Shown here piece by piece: positions 20,363 through 29,958 of a stretch of 64,000 nucleotides of DNA. The stretch spans positions 2,202,662 through 2,266,661 of the forward strand of contig OY759724.1 in NCBI GenBank assembly GCA_963662715.1, given 5' to 3'. Position 1 is the first letter of the stretch; each line of letters opens with the position of its first letter. Made by a program: the position numbers and the translations under genes. The DNA comes from Candidatus Omnitrophota bacterium. GTDB taxonomy: Bacteria > Omnitrophota > Gorgyraeia > Zapsychrales > JANLHA01. The notes beneath the pieces are model-generated. The model was not told the origin of the DNA. It did not search any database and saw only the letters and a program-made list of their open reading frames with translations.

Positions 20363-22295
20363 AATTTGTGGAGCCGTTATCCGGATGCTGCCGGTTGAAT
20401 GGTCATTATTCTTGGGCCGTCTTTTGGGCTGGTTGGCTTATTTATTTGACGTAAAGCATAAAGATCAAGTCCTGCTGAATTTAAAGATTGCTTTCTCCGG
20501 GGAGAAAACGCCTCAGGAAATCCGGTCGATTGCCAAAGCTGTGTTTATGAATTTCGGGCAGCATATGATCGAACTTTTGCGGTTGCCTCGCATGAATGAG
20601 GAAACGTTTAAACGCTATGTAAAGATTGAAGGGCGGGAACATGTCGAGGAGGCTTTGCAGGAAGGCAAAGGCGTCATTCTTTTGGCCATGCATACAGGGA
20701 GCTGGGAACTGGCTAATTTGGCAAGTTCAATGCTAGGCGGGGTCTATAAAGTGATGGTCAATCCCCAGGCAAGATTTTCCCGCCTGGACGAACTGCTTAA
20801 TTCGTACCGTTCCTGCGGCGGATCCGTTGTTTTAGAAAGAGGGGCGGGGACGCGGGAACTGCTTAAGAGCCTTAAAATGAATGAAATTGTCGCTATGGTC
20901 GTGGACCAGGGAGGCAAGAGCGGGCAAAGGGTCCCCTTCTTCAACCGGGAAGCAAGCCTTTCTGTCGGGGCGGTTCGTATTGCACTGAAGTCCGATACTC
21001 CTGTTTGTTTCGCGATTATTCAAAGAGAACGCGGGCCGTATCATCGTCTCACGATTCATAAAAAACTGCATTTTATTAAAACAGGTCATACGCAGAACGA
21101 TATCCGGACGAATCTTCAGCAGATTGCCCGGATTATGGAAGGATATATCAGGTCGAATCCTCTGGAATACATGTGGTTTTACAAAATTTGGAAATATTCC
21201 AATGACTATGAAGCTATTATTCTTAATGATAAGCGGACGGGGCATCTGCGGCAATCCCAGACGGTCGCGCATTTATTGGAATCGCATTTAAAAGAACAAA
21301 GTAAGACGTGTAAAACAAAGATTGTGGATGTCACTTACCGTAACATGGCCCTGGCGAGAGTCCTGATGCTCTGCACTTTTTTTGCGACCAGCCTGCTTCG
21401 TAATTTTAGGGTCGGCCTTTTGCGTTTATGCCTGACCCCGGATTCTTTCCGGGACATCTTCTCTCTGAAGCCCGATTTTATCATCTCCTGCGGGTCAGCC
21501 GCTGCGTATGTCAATTATTTGTTAGCCAAGGAACAGTATGCTAAAAATATCGCTGTATTGAAACCGGGGAGCCTTAATTATCGGCACTATGATTTGAACA
21601 TTTTGCCCGAGCATGACCGGAAGTGGGAGAAGGTTTATGATTCTAACGTGATTTATACCAAAGGAGCTCCGAATCTTATTACGAAAAATTATTTGCAGGA
21701 GAACAGTGAGAAATTGCTGAAGCGCTTTTCGCATCTCAAAATAGGAGACAATTATAAAATTGGCGTTCTTCTGGGCGGAGATACAAAGGATTTTGTCCTG
21801 TCGGCCAGTAAGGTTAAACTGATGTTGCACCAGCTTGTTGAAGCTTCTGAGGAAATGAATGCAGATATTCTGTTCACCACTTCCCGCCGGACATCGGAAA
21901 AAGTGGAAGGTCTTATTTACCGCCATTTGAAACGTTTCCCCCGTTGTCGGCTCTTGATCCTGGCCAACCGCAATAATGTGCCTGAAGCGGTCGGAGGGAT
22001 TCTGGGGCTGTCGGATATCGTTATCGTTTCAGGGGACAGCATTTCTATGATTTCGGAAGCGGCCTGCTCGGGGAAGAAAACGATTGTTTTCCCCGTCCAG
22101 AGCCGGTTTTCTTTAAGGGGAAAGGATTTGAAACACAACCGGTTTATTGATTTGTTAACAGAACAGGGGTATATTCTCTCTTCGGATGTCAAACATATAA
22201 AACAGGCCGTATATAACCTTGTCAAAAATAAAATCCAGCTGCGGATCCTGGATGACAATTCCGTTATCAAGGTCGGATTAAAGCGAATCATATAA
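20328..22295 (+). CDS. Two-domain fusion: N-terminal lipid A late acyltransferase (LpxL/LpxM/HtrB family, ~aa 1-290) plus C-terminal ELM1/DUF1022-like GT-B domain (~aa 300-655)
   Basis: N-terminal half has GKGVILLAMHTGSWELAN and PLEYMWFYKIWK (compare E. coli LpxL HFLTLEL and EQYMWLHRRFK). C-terminal half carries motifs I recall from PF06258: PDFIISCGSAAA, HYDLNILPEHDR, VLLGGDTKDF, LFTTSRRT, VIVSGDSISMISEAACSGK. One uninterrupted 655-codon ORF. Confidence 0.7.
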   Translation: MLIESTLYYIVKICGAVIRMLPVEWSLFLGRLLGWLAYLFDVKHKDQVLLNLKIAFSGEKTPQEIRSIAKAVFMNFGQHMIELLRLPRMNEETFKRYVKIEGREHVEEALQEGKGVILLAMHTGSWELANLASSMLGGVYKVMVNPQARFSRLDELLNSYRSCGGSVVLERGAGTRELLKSLKMNEIVAMVVDQGGKSGQRVPFFNREASLSVGAVRIALKSDTPVCFAIIQRERGPYHRLTIHKKLHFIKTGHTQNDIRTNLQQIARIMEGYIRSNPLEYMWFYKIWKYSNDYEAIILNDKRTGHLRQSQTVAHLLESHLKEQSKTCKTKIVDVTYRNMALARVLMLCTFFATSLLRNFRVGLLRLCLTPDSFRDIFSLKPDFIISCGSAAAYVNYLLAKEQYAKNIAVLKPGSLNYRHYDLNILPEHDRKWEKVYDSNVIYTKGAPNLITKNYLQENSEKLLKRFSHLKIGDNYKIGVLLGGDTKDFVLSASKVKLMLHQLVEASEEMNADILFTTSRRTSEKVEGLIYRHLKRFPRCRLLILANRNNVPEAVGGILGLSDIVIVSGDSISMISEAACSGKKTIVFPVQSRFSLRGKDLKHNRFIDLLTEQGYILSSDVKHIKQAVYNLVKNKIQLRILDDNSVIKVGLKRII

Positions 22296-22323
22296 TTTTT
22301 CTCAATGATACTATTCTGAAAAA

Positions 22324-24432
22324 ATGAAATTGCGGATTTTACAGGTTTTGCCGGAATTGAATGTGGGGGGTGTGGAAACCGGAACCATTGATCTGGCCAA
22401 ATATTTAAAAGAACATGGCCATACCCCGGTTGTCGTGTCAAATGGCGGAAGCCTTGTCCATGAGCTCGAGGACATGGGCATTGTTCATTATACGTTACCC
22501 GTCCATAAGAAATCATTTCTTACAGTTTTAAAATCCATAAAATTGCTGCGGGAGATCATCCGGGAGGAAAAGATTGATGTCGTTCATGCCCGATCTCGTA
22601 TCCCCGGATGGATTGCCTTCTTTGCCTGCCGGGGGACCGAGGCCGAGTTTATAACCACCTGTCACGGCTATTATTCAACCCATCTGCTGAGCCGGGTCAT
22701 GGGGTGGGGGAAGCTCGTTATTGTCCCCAGTGAAGTCATCGGCCGGCATATGATAGAAGATTTCTCCGTCCCGGCTGATCATATCCGGTGTGTGCCCCGA
22801 AGCGTTGATCTGGGCCGGTTCAACGTGTCGCAGGAACCTCCCAAAGCCAAGACGACTTTTACGATCTCGATTGTCGGCCGTTTGACTCCGCTGAAAGGGC
22901 ATGTTTATTTTCTGAAAGCCATGGCGAAGGTTGTGCGCATTATGCCTTATGTGAAAATCTGGATTATCGGAGAGGCTCCTGCGCATAAAGAAAACTACCG
23001 GATGGAATTAGAAGCTTTGACGCGCCGTTTGGGACTGACAGATGTCGTTGAATTCCTGGGGAACCGCAAAGATGTTCCGCAGCTTTTGTCCCAGACGGAT
23101 GTGTTGGTGCTGGCGTCCACGGTCCCGGAAGCTTTTGGCCGGGTTATCATTGAGGCCCAGGCGATGAGCGTTCCTGTTGTCGCCACGAAAGTCGGCGGTG
23201 TCGTTGAAATTATCGATCATGAAAAGACCGGCCTGCTGGTTTTGCCGAAAGACCCCGAGGCGATGGCCCAGGCTGTTATCCGTTTGTTGCAGGACCGCCG
23301 CTTTGCTCAGGAAATGACAAGGCAGGCGAAGAAAAAACTGATGGGGAAATACACTCTTGAACATATGGCCAAAAAGACGCTGGCTGTTTATAAGGAACTC
23401 CTGAAATCCTTAAACATTTTGGTTATTAAACTGAGTTCCGTCGGGGATGTCATCCTGGTGACGGCTTCGCTCAAGGCGATCCGGCAAAGATTCCCTCGTG
23501 CGAAAATTGTGTGTTTGATTGGGGAAGAGTCCCGGGAAATTTTGCAGAGGTGTCCCTATATTGATGAACTGATGATTATTGATGTCAAGAATCCCAAGGG
23601 AAGACTCTGGCGTATCTTGAAATACGGAAGGAAATTGGCGCGGTATAAATTTGACAAAGTGATTGATTTTCAAAACAATCGTATGAGTCACCTCCTGTGT
23701 TTTTTGGGATTTTCCAGAGAAAGTTATGGTTACCGGAATCATAAGTGGGGGTTCTTTTTAAGCCGCCCGGTGATGCCGCCCGACCATCATATGCCGCCCG
23801 TTCCGCATCAATTTCAGATCTTGAAAGCGCTGGAGATAGATTATCATGAAGACATGCGGCTGGAATTATGGCCTTCTGAAAGGGATCATAAAAATGTTGA
23901 AGATTTATTCGAATCAGAATGGCTGGGGGGGCAACATTCTGTCGTGGGGCTTCACCTGTCGGCATCCCCACGATGGGGGACGAAGAACTGGCCCGTGGCT
24001 TATGCCGCGAAGCTTTGTGATTTATTGGCAGCAAGAAATATACGGGTTGTTATCACGGGCGCCGAGAAAGATGCCGGGTTGGGCCAGCAGCTTATGGCTT
24101 TGGCAAAGTCTAAGCCGGCAAACTTAATCGGTAAAACGAATATTTTGGAGCTGGCTGTTTTGATTTCCAAATGCAAGGTTTTTATCGCTCCTGATACGGC
24201 CCCCATGCACATCGCGGCCGCGATGAAAACCCCTTTTATCGTCTTCTTCGGCCCGACATCGGCCTTCCGCCATTTGCCCCCGGCAGACTCCTATGTCGTT
24301 TTTCAGAAAAAGTTGCCGTGCGTTCCTTGTTACAGCTCGTCTTGCCGGATTAAAACCCATGCGTGTATGACTGAAATCACCCCGGAGGAGGTTGCCGTGC
24401 AAGTCTCCCGCTTGTTGAAAGAGACATCATGA
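22324..24432 (+). CDS. Two-domain fusion: GT4 glycosyltransferase (aa ~1-365) plus GT9 ADP-heptose:LPS heptosyltransferase (aa ~370-702)
   Basis: N-terminal half has the GT4 Glycos_transf_1 core (EAFGRVIIEAQAMSVPVVATKVGG). C-terminal half starts ILVIKLSSVGDVILVTASLKAIRQRFP and ends with the GT9 motif FIAPDTAPMHIAAAMKTPFIVFFGPT. Confidence 0.75.
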   Translation: MKLRILQVLPELNVGGVETGTIDLAKYLKEHGHTPVVVSNGGSLVHELEDMGIVHYTLPVHKKSFLTVLKSIKLLREIIREEKIDVVHARSRIPGWIAFFACRGTEAEFITTCHGYYSTHLLSRVMGWGKLVIVPSEVIGRHMIEDFSVPADHIRCVPRSVDLGRFNVSQEPPKAKTTFTISIVGRLTPLKGHVYFLKAMAKVVRIMPYVKIWIIGEAPAHKENYRMELEALTRRLGLTDVVEFLGNRKDVPQLLSQTDVLVLASTVPEAFGRVIIEAQAMSVPVVATKVGGVVEIIDHEKTGLLVLPKDPEAMAQAVIRLLQDRRFAQEMTRQAKKKLMGKYTLEHMAKKTLAVYKELLKSLNILVIKLSSVGDVILVTASLKAIRQRFPRAKIVCLIGEESREILQRCPYIDELMIIDVKNPKGRLWRILKYGRKLARYKFDKVIDFQNNRMSHLLCFLGFSRESYGYRNHKWGFFLSRPVMPPDHHMPPVPHQFQILKALEIDYHEDMRLELWPSERDHKNVEDLFESEWLGGQHSVVGLHLSASPRWGTKNWPVAYAAKLCDLLAARNIRVVITGAEKDAGLGQQLMALAKSKPANLIGKTNILELAVLISKCKVFIAPDTAPMHIAAAMKTPFIVFFGPTSAFRHLPPADSYVVFQKKLPCVPCYSSSCRIKTHACMTEITPEEVAVQVSRLLKETS

Positions 24433-25529
24433 AAATCCTTTTTTTGACGACTCATTTGAACGTGGGCGGTATCACCTCCTATCTCTGGACATTAAGCCGC
24501 GGTCTGATATCATCGGGACATTCCGTCTATATCGCTTCCTCCGGGGGCAACAGGCAGGATGATTTCATGTCCTTAGGGGTTCGTCTTTATCCTGTCAATA
24601 TCCGGACAAAATCGGAACTTGACATCCGCATTTATTGGGCCACCTATCGTCTGCGTTCTTTCATCAGGGAAGAAGGTATTCAGCTCGTTCACGCTCAGAC
24701 ACGGGTGACTCAAGTGATGGGTGATTTGCTCAAGAGAATAACGGGGACGGCTTTTTGTTCGACCTGCCACGGATTTTTTAAACCCAGATGGTCAAGAAAA
24801 GTTTTCCCGTGCTGGGGCGATTCCGTTGTCGCAATTAGTCCGGCTGTCGAGGAACATCTGCGAAACGATTTTCGCATTGAACCCAGCCGGATTGTTTTGA
24901 TAAGGCATGGCCTTGATCTGGCGTCTTTCTCCTTGAAGTCCCCGGAGGAAAAACAGAAGATGAAAGCGAGATTCCATATCCAGCAAGGGCCGGTGCTGGG
25001 GATTATTGCCAGGTTGTCGGATGTCAAAGGACATTCTGTCCTGCTCGATGCCATGCCCGACGTGCTGTCCCGGTTTCCCGGAGTGCGGCTTGTCATCGTC
25101 GGGGAAGGTCCTATGGAGGCTTGCTTAAAAGAAAAGGTTTTGTCCTTGGGGATAAAAGAGCATGTGATTTTTTTCCCTGTTGTCAATCAGACTTCGGACA
25201 TGTTGTCTCTGTTGGACGTTTTCGTGCTGCCTTCTCTCCAGGAAGGACTGGGGTTGTCTGTCATGGAGGCCCAGGCTGCCGGCCTGCCTGTTGTGGTCTC
25301 CCGTGTCGGCGGTCTTCCCAGCCTTGTTCAAGACAGGGAAACTGGACGTTTGTTTGAGCCCCGGAACAGCCGGCAGCTGGCGGAGGTTCTCCTTGATGTT
25401 TTGACGCACCCTCAGGAAGCGGCTGCTATGGGGCGGCGGGCAAGGGCGTTTATTGAACGGGAATTCTCGGCTGAGAAAATGGTGCAGGAAACCGTCCTCA
25501 TGTGCCAGCGCCTCATAAAGAGTTCTTAG
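24429..25529 (+). CDS. GT4 family glycosyltransferase (paralog of the N-domain of the preceding gene)
   Basis: MKILFLTTHLNVGGITSY..., EGLGLSVMEAQAAGLPVVVSRVGG. Confidence 0.8.
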   Translation: MKILFLTTHLNVGGITSYLWTLSRGLISSGHSVYIASSGGNRQDDFMSLGVRLYPVNIRTKSELDIRIYWATYRLRSFIREEGIQLVHAQTRVTQVMGDLLKRITGTAFCSTCHGFFKPRWSRKVFPCWGDSVVAISPAVEEHLRNDFRIEPSRIVLIRHGLDLASFSLKSPEEKQKMKARFHIQQGPVLGIIARLSDVKGHSVLLDAMPDVLSRFPGVRLVIVGEGPMEACLKEKVLSLGIKEHVIFFPVVNQTSDMLSLLDVFVLPSLQEGLGLSVMEAQAAGLPVVVSRVGGLPSLVQDRETGRLFEPRNSRQLAEVLLDVLTHPQEAAAMGRRARAFIEREFSAEKMVQETVLMCQRLIKSS

Positions 25530-25562
25530 AAATTTATCGCGCAATAACAGTGATTTGTTCTG

Positions 25563-26603
25563 TTGAACAATAAGGGAATCATGAAACGAATTCTTGTTGT
25601 TAATGTCAATTGGGTCGGAGACGTGGTTTTTTCAACACCGGTTTTTAAAGCGATCAGAGCCAATTGGCCGGAGGCCTTTATTGCCTGTATGGCCGTTCCC
25701 CGGGTAAAAGAGATATTGGAAAGCTGTCCTGATATCCATGAGATTATTGAATATGATGAACGGGGCCGGCATCAGGGACTTTGGGGAAAGATCCAGCTCG
25801 TTTCAACGTTGAGACGTCATCATTTTGATGCCGCGTTCCTTCTTCATAGATCCTGGACCCGGGCCTTTCTTGTTTATTTGGCGGGCATAAGGGAACGCGT
25901 GGGTTATGACACGAAAAAGCGGGGGAAGTTCCTGACGCACAAAATTCCTCTCCCTCAGGAGTTGTCTCACCGTTCTGATTTTTACCTTAATGTGATCAAA
26001 CACTACGGCTTGAAAGTGGAAGACCGCACGTGCGAATTAAGCGTCGACAGGCAGGCCCAAAAGCAAATGGATGACATGTTGTCCCGCCATAACATCTCGC
26101 AGACGGACACTGTCATTATTGTCAACGTTGGCGGGAACTGGGATCTTAAGAAATGGCCGCTTGACCATTTCTCAGAGCTTTTATCCCGCCTGACGCAGGA
26201 ATGTCCTGTGAAAATCGTCATTCCCGGGGCAGCCAAAGATCTTGAGGTTGCCCGGGAGATCAGCCGCAAAGCCGGTGTTCAGCCTGTTGTTCTTGCGGGG
26301 CAGACGAATCTCAAGCAATTAATAGCTTTGATGAAAAGAGCCTTCCTGGTCATCTCGGCGGATTCCGGGCCTATGCACATTGCCAGTTCCGTGGGAACGA
26401 ATGGTATCGCTCTTTTTGGCCCGACCCGGCCGGAATTAACCGGTCCGAGAGGGAAGGGGGTCTTCCATGTGTTACAAAAAGATGTGGGGTGTAACCGGCA
26501 GGCCTGTTATTTCCTGCAATGCCCGGATAACGTGTGTATGCAGTCTGTGACCGTGGATGACGTTATGAGGGCTGTCCGGCCATTACTGGAAAAAGCTCAA
26601 TGA
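25563..26603 (+). CDS. GT9 heptosyltransferase (WaaC/WaaF/WaaQ family)
   Basis: ILVVNVNWVGDVVFSTPVFKAIR, and the C-terminal VISADSGPMHIASSVGTNGIALFGPT motif. Likely true start at the MKRILVV ATG 25581. Confidence 0.8.
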   Translation: MNNKGIMKRILVVNVNWVGDVVFSTPVFKAIRANWPEAFIACMAVPRVKEILESCPDIHEIIEYDERGRHQGLWGKIQLVSTLRRHHFDAAFLLHRSWTRAFLVYLAGIRERVGYDTKKRGKFLTHKIPLPQELSHRSDFYLNVIKHYGLKVEDRTCELSVDRQAQKQMDDMLSRHNISQTDTVIIVNVGGNWDLKKWPLDHFSELLSRLTQECPVKIVIPGAAKDLEVAREISRKAGVQPVVLAGQTNLKQLIALMKRAFLVISADSGPMHIASSVGTNGIALFGPTRPELTGPRGKGVFHVLQKDVGCNRQACYFLQCPDNVCMQSVTVDDVMRAVRPLLEKAQ

Positions 26604-26742
26604 AAAAGCGGCGCCCTGATGAGGGGGCGCGGATGCGGGACAGAAACAGAAAAATTTTAAGCCGATAACTTTGATGGATTTATTTTTAAATCGTATTAAA
26701 ATAGGGAAGAAGAATATTCTTTCATGATATCCTGTGGCCTGA

Positions 26743-27762
26743 TTGCTTGGGACCGTCTTGATGAAAATAAGCAAACCCAAAATTAAAAAGATTCTAGTTA
26801 TCACACTGAGCAATATCGGTGATGTGATACTGACTTTCCCGGTCATTGACATCCTCAAGAGGGATTTCCCTAAAGCCAATTTGTCGGTGGTTGTCGGGCC
26901 TAAAGCGGAGAATTTGCTGAGCCGTAACCCCTATATCGATCAGATTATCGTTTTTCAAAAGAAACAACCTTTTTTAAGAATGATCTCCTGGATTTTTTTG
27001 TTGCGCAGGAAGAATTATGACTTGGTCGTGGACTTGCGCAATACGATGATTCCTTTTCTCGTTTCGACCAAATATCTTACTTCGCCTTTTTTGAAAAGAC
27101 AGCCGCATCGGCACATGCGCCAGCAGCATCTGTTGAGATTGAAATCGCTGTACTCTTATAAGACCGTATCTCAGGAACGTTTTGCCCTGCATATACAGAC
27201 AAATACCCGTTTGGCAACCACGAATATGATATGCAATGAAATCGGTGACCGGAAGAAATACATTGTTGTCGCTCCTGGCGCGGCAGACAGCAATAAGCGG
27301 TGGAGTGAGGAAAACTTTGCCAAACTCGCTGACGAACTCATCCGGAAGCATGAAGTTCAAATAGCCTTTGTGGGCGACAAAAATGACCGTCCGGTCGCTG
27401 ACGCCATCTGCCATCTCATGTCTCACCGGGCTGTGAACTTTTGTGGCCGCATAGATTTAATCCAATTGGCCGTCCTGTTGGAAAGAAGCTGCTTGGCTAT
27501 CGTCAATGACAGTGCCCCTATGCATTTGGCTTCTTATCTTAATGTCCCGACGCTTGCCCTTTTCGGCCCAACAGATCCTCTGAAATACGGCCCTTGGTCT
27601 GAACAGAGCTGTGTCATTGAACGGAAAAAATCCTGTCCTGCTTGTCAAGGAAAGCCCGGCGTTAAGAGACACACATGCTTAAGCCAAATTAAGGTTGAAG
27701 ACGCTCTCAACGCCTTTGAGTTGACCCCTGACGGCGTCCTTTTCCGTAATTCACAGCCGTAA
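26743..27762 (+). CDS. GT9 heptosyltransferase
   Basis: ILVITLSNIGDVILTFPVIDILK, IVNDSAPMHLASYLNVPTLALFGPT. Confidence 0.8.
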   Translation: MLGTVLMKISKPKIKKILVITLSNIGDVILTFPVIDILKRDFPKANLSVVVGPKAENLLSRNPYIDQIIVFQKKQPFLRMISWIFLLRRKNYDLVVDLRNTMIPFLVSTKYLTSPFLKRQPHRHMRQQHLLRLKSLYSYKTVSQERFALHIQTNTRLATTNMICNEIGDRKKYIVVAPGAADSNKRWSEENFAKLADELIRKHEVQIAFVGDKNDRPVADAICHLMSHRAVNFCGRIDLIQLAVLLERSCLAIVNDSAPMHLASYLNVPTLALFGPTDPLKYGPWSEQSCVIERKKSCPACQGKPGVKRHTCLSQIKVEDALNAFELTPDGVLFRNSQP

Positions 27763-27774
27763 CTTAATTTTCTG

Positions 27775-28833
27775 TTGAACTCATCCCGCAAACACGCAAT
27801 GTATCGTAACATTCTTGTCATTAGAACGGATAGACTCGGAGACGTTGTTTTAACAACACCGGCCTTACGTGCCCTGAGGAAAAAATTCCCGGAGGCCCGA
27901 ATCACTCTTCTTTTAGCTCCTTTAACGAAGGAGCTTGTGGAAGGTAATCCGTATATTGACCAGATACTGATAGATGACCGTCGTTGCACCCATAAAGGAT
28001 GGCTTGGTTATATAAAACTTGTGAATCGTTTAAGACAAGAACATTTTGATCTGGTGATTAATTATCATACCAAGAAAAGGACAAACCTTTTATGCTGGTT
28101 TGCCGGTATTCCTGTCCGGATAGGATACAGAAATGATAAGTTTGGTTTTTTGTTGAATAAGCCTGTCCCTGACCGGCGCCCGGCAGGAGAAAAGCACGAA
28201 GCCCGGTATTGCCTGGATGTTTTAAAAGTTCTGGGTATTTCCGGGGAGGCCCTGGAGCTGTATGTCGCCACAAAAGATGATAATGATAAATGGGCCGAGG
28301 ATTGGTTAAAGAGCAGACAACTCCCGATTGAGGGGAAAATCGTGGCGGTTCATCCAGGGTCAAGCTGTCCCACAAAACAATGGCCGGTGGAGAGGTTTGT
28401 TGAGCTTATCCGCATTTTGAGATCGCGCTATCAGACAGAGATTGTTTTAGTGGGCGGGGCGGATGGCCGGAAGGCGGCTGCCCAAATTCAGAATGAGGTT
28501 CAGGGGCCTCTTTTCAGCTTGGTAGGGGAGACGAGTGTCGGGCAATTAACCAGTCTTTTAAAGAAATGTGCTCTTTTGATATCCAATGATTCCGGCCCGG
28601 TTCATATAGCTGCGGCTCTGGGAACGCCTGTTGTTTCTATTTTTACCAGGAATCAGCCGGGCATTAACCCCGAACGCTGGTGTCCTCTGGGACCGAAAAG
28701 CCGATATGTGGCTCCGCCTGTGGATATGAGTCTGTCCTTTGCCCAGGGAACGATTGATCATCCGGATTTCCTGTATAAAATGACCGTTAAGGACGTTTTG
28801 CTGGCAGTTGACGCTTTATATAAACTATGTTAG
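27775..28833 (+). CDS. GT9 heptosyltransferase (WaaF-like)
   Basis: ILVIRTDRLGDVVLTTPALRALRKKFP, ISNDSGPVHIAAALGTPVVSIF. Likely start at MYRNILVI 27799. Confidence 0.8.
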   Translation: MNSSRKHAMYRNILVIRTDRLGDVVLTTPALRALRKKFPEARITLLLAPLTKELVEGNPYIDQILIDDRRCTHKGWLGYIKLVNRLRQEHFDLVINYHTKKRTNLLCWFAGIPVRIGYRNDKFGFLLNKPVPDRRPAGEKHEARYCLDVLKVLGISGEALELYVATKDDNDKWAEDWLKSRQLPIEGKIVAVHPGSSCPTKQWPVERFVELIRILRSRYQTEIVLVGGADGRKAAAQIQNEVQGPLFSLVGETSVGQLTSLLKKCALLISNDSGPVHIAAALGTPVVSIFTRNQPGINPERWCPLGPKSRYVAPPVDMSLSFAQGTIDHPDFLYKMTVKDVLLAVDALYKLC

Positions 28834-28890
28834 AATCATCCTTCTTATTCTAGATCTTTTTATTAAGATAAAATATTTAAAATCAATAGG

Positions 28891-29925
28891 ATGAATCCCT
28901 ATAAAAAGCTAATAAAACAGTTTAAAAAGAAGAGAATCCTGGTTATCGGGGATGTTATCCTTGATCAGCATATTCAAGGCGTTGTGTCCAGGATATCCCC
29001 GGAGGCTCCGGTTCCGGTTGTGCTCCAAAAGCAGGACCCGACCTTTTCTCCCGGAGGTGCGGCGAATGTCGCGAACAATTTAAGAGTTCTGGGAGCAAAA
29101 GTTTTACTGGTCGGCCGGGTAGGAAAGGACCAGGAAGGGAAAATTCTGCAGACATGCTTAAAAGAAAGCGGGCTTTCAACACTGGGCGTGTTTGTGGACC
29201 GCTTTTCGCCGACCATCGTTAAAACCAGGATTATCGCCCAGCACCAGCAGGTCTTGCGGCTTGACCGGGAAAAGGTTGCCCCTTCGGAAGACAAGAAATT
29301 TTATCCCAAAGTGCTGAGTTTTTTAAAAAGAAATATTCACCGCTTTGACGCTGTCATTATCTCTGATTACGGGAAGGGGATGATCACCCGCAACCTTGTT
29401 GAGGAAAGCTGCGCCCTTGCTTTAGAAAACAATAAAATCCTGACAGTCGATCCCAAGGTGGAACATTTTGCCTATTATTCAGGAGTGACGGCCATAACCC
29501 CCAACCGCAGCGAAGCGGAAAATGCGATTCGTAATATTAAAATCACACATAACGGCAAACGAAAACTTGCTTTAACCAGCGACCGGTTAGAGACCATCGC
29601 GGATGTGGAAAAGGCCGGGAAGCAGCTGTTGAGATTTATGAATTTGTCATCTTTGTTGATTACCTTGGGAGAATACGGGTTGATGCTTTTCGAAAAAGGG
29701 AAGAAACCGGTCCGGATCCCGACCAAAGCCCAGGACGTTTTTGATGTGACCGGGGCCGGGGATACGGTGATTTCCGTTTTTACTTTGGGCCTGACGACCG
29801 GGGCGACAATGTTTCAGGCGGCGGATTTGGCCAATTATGCGGCGGGCATTGTTGTCGGGAAAATGGGCGCTGTTTCAGTGACCCCGAAGGAACTGCTAGA
29901 TGTGACGCAGCGTCCCGGGGCATAA
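28891..29925 (+). CDS. D-glycero-beta-D-manno-heptose-7-phosphate kinase (HldA / RfaE domain I only, PfkB family)
   Basis: ILVIGDVILDQHIQG...ISPEAPVPVV and the PfkB C-terminal DVTGAGDT motif. 344 aa, so no adenylyltransferase domain II. Confidence 0.8.
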   Translation: MNPYKKLIKQFKKKRILVIGDVILDQHIQGVVSRISPEAPVPVVLQKQDPTFSPGGAANVANNLRVLGAKVLLVGRVGKDQEGKILQTCLKESGLSTLGVFVDRFSPTIVKTRIIAQHQQVLRLDREKVAPSEDKKFYPKVLSFLKRNIHRFDAVIISDYGKGMITRNLVEESCALALENNKILTVDPKVEHFAYYSGVTAITPNRSEAENAIRNIKITHNGKRKLALTSDRLETIADVEKAGKQLLRFMNLSSLLITLGEYGLMLFEKGKKPVRIPTKAQDVFDVTGAGDTVISVFTLGLTTGATMFQAADLANYAAGIVVGKMGAVSVTPKELLDVTQRPGA

Positions 29926-29958
29926 GAGAGGACGTTACAGTTATATGAGGAGTGAGCC

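Noticed and set aside
26604-26742. GC hairpin GCGCCC-tgatgag-GGGCGC just after the first standalone GT9 gene, considered as a possible terminator.
   Set aside because: There is no downstream T-run. It could be a weak or factor-dependent structure, so I did not call it as a feature.
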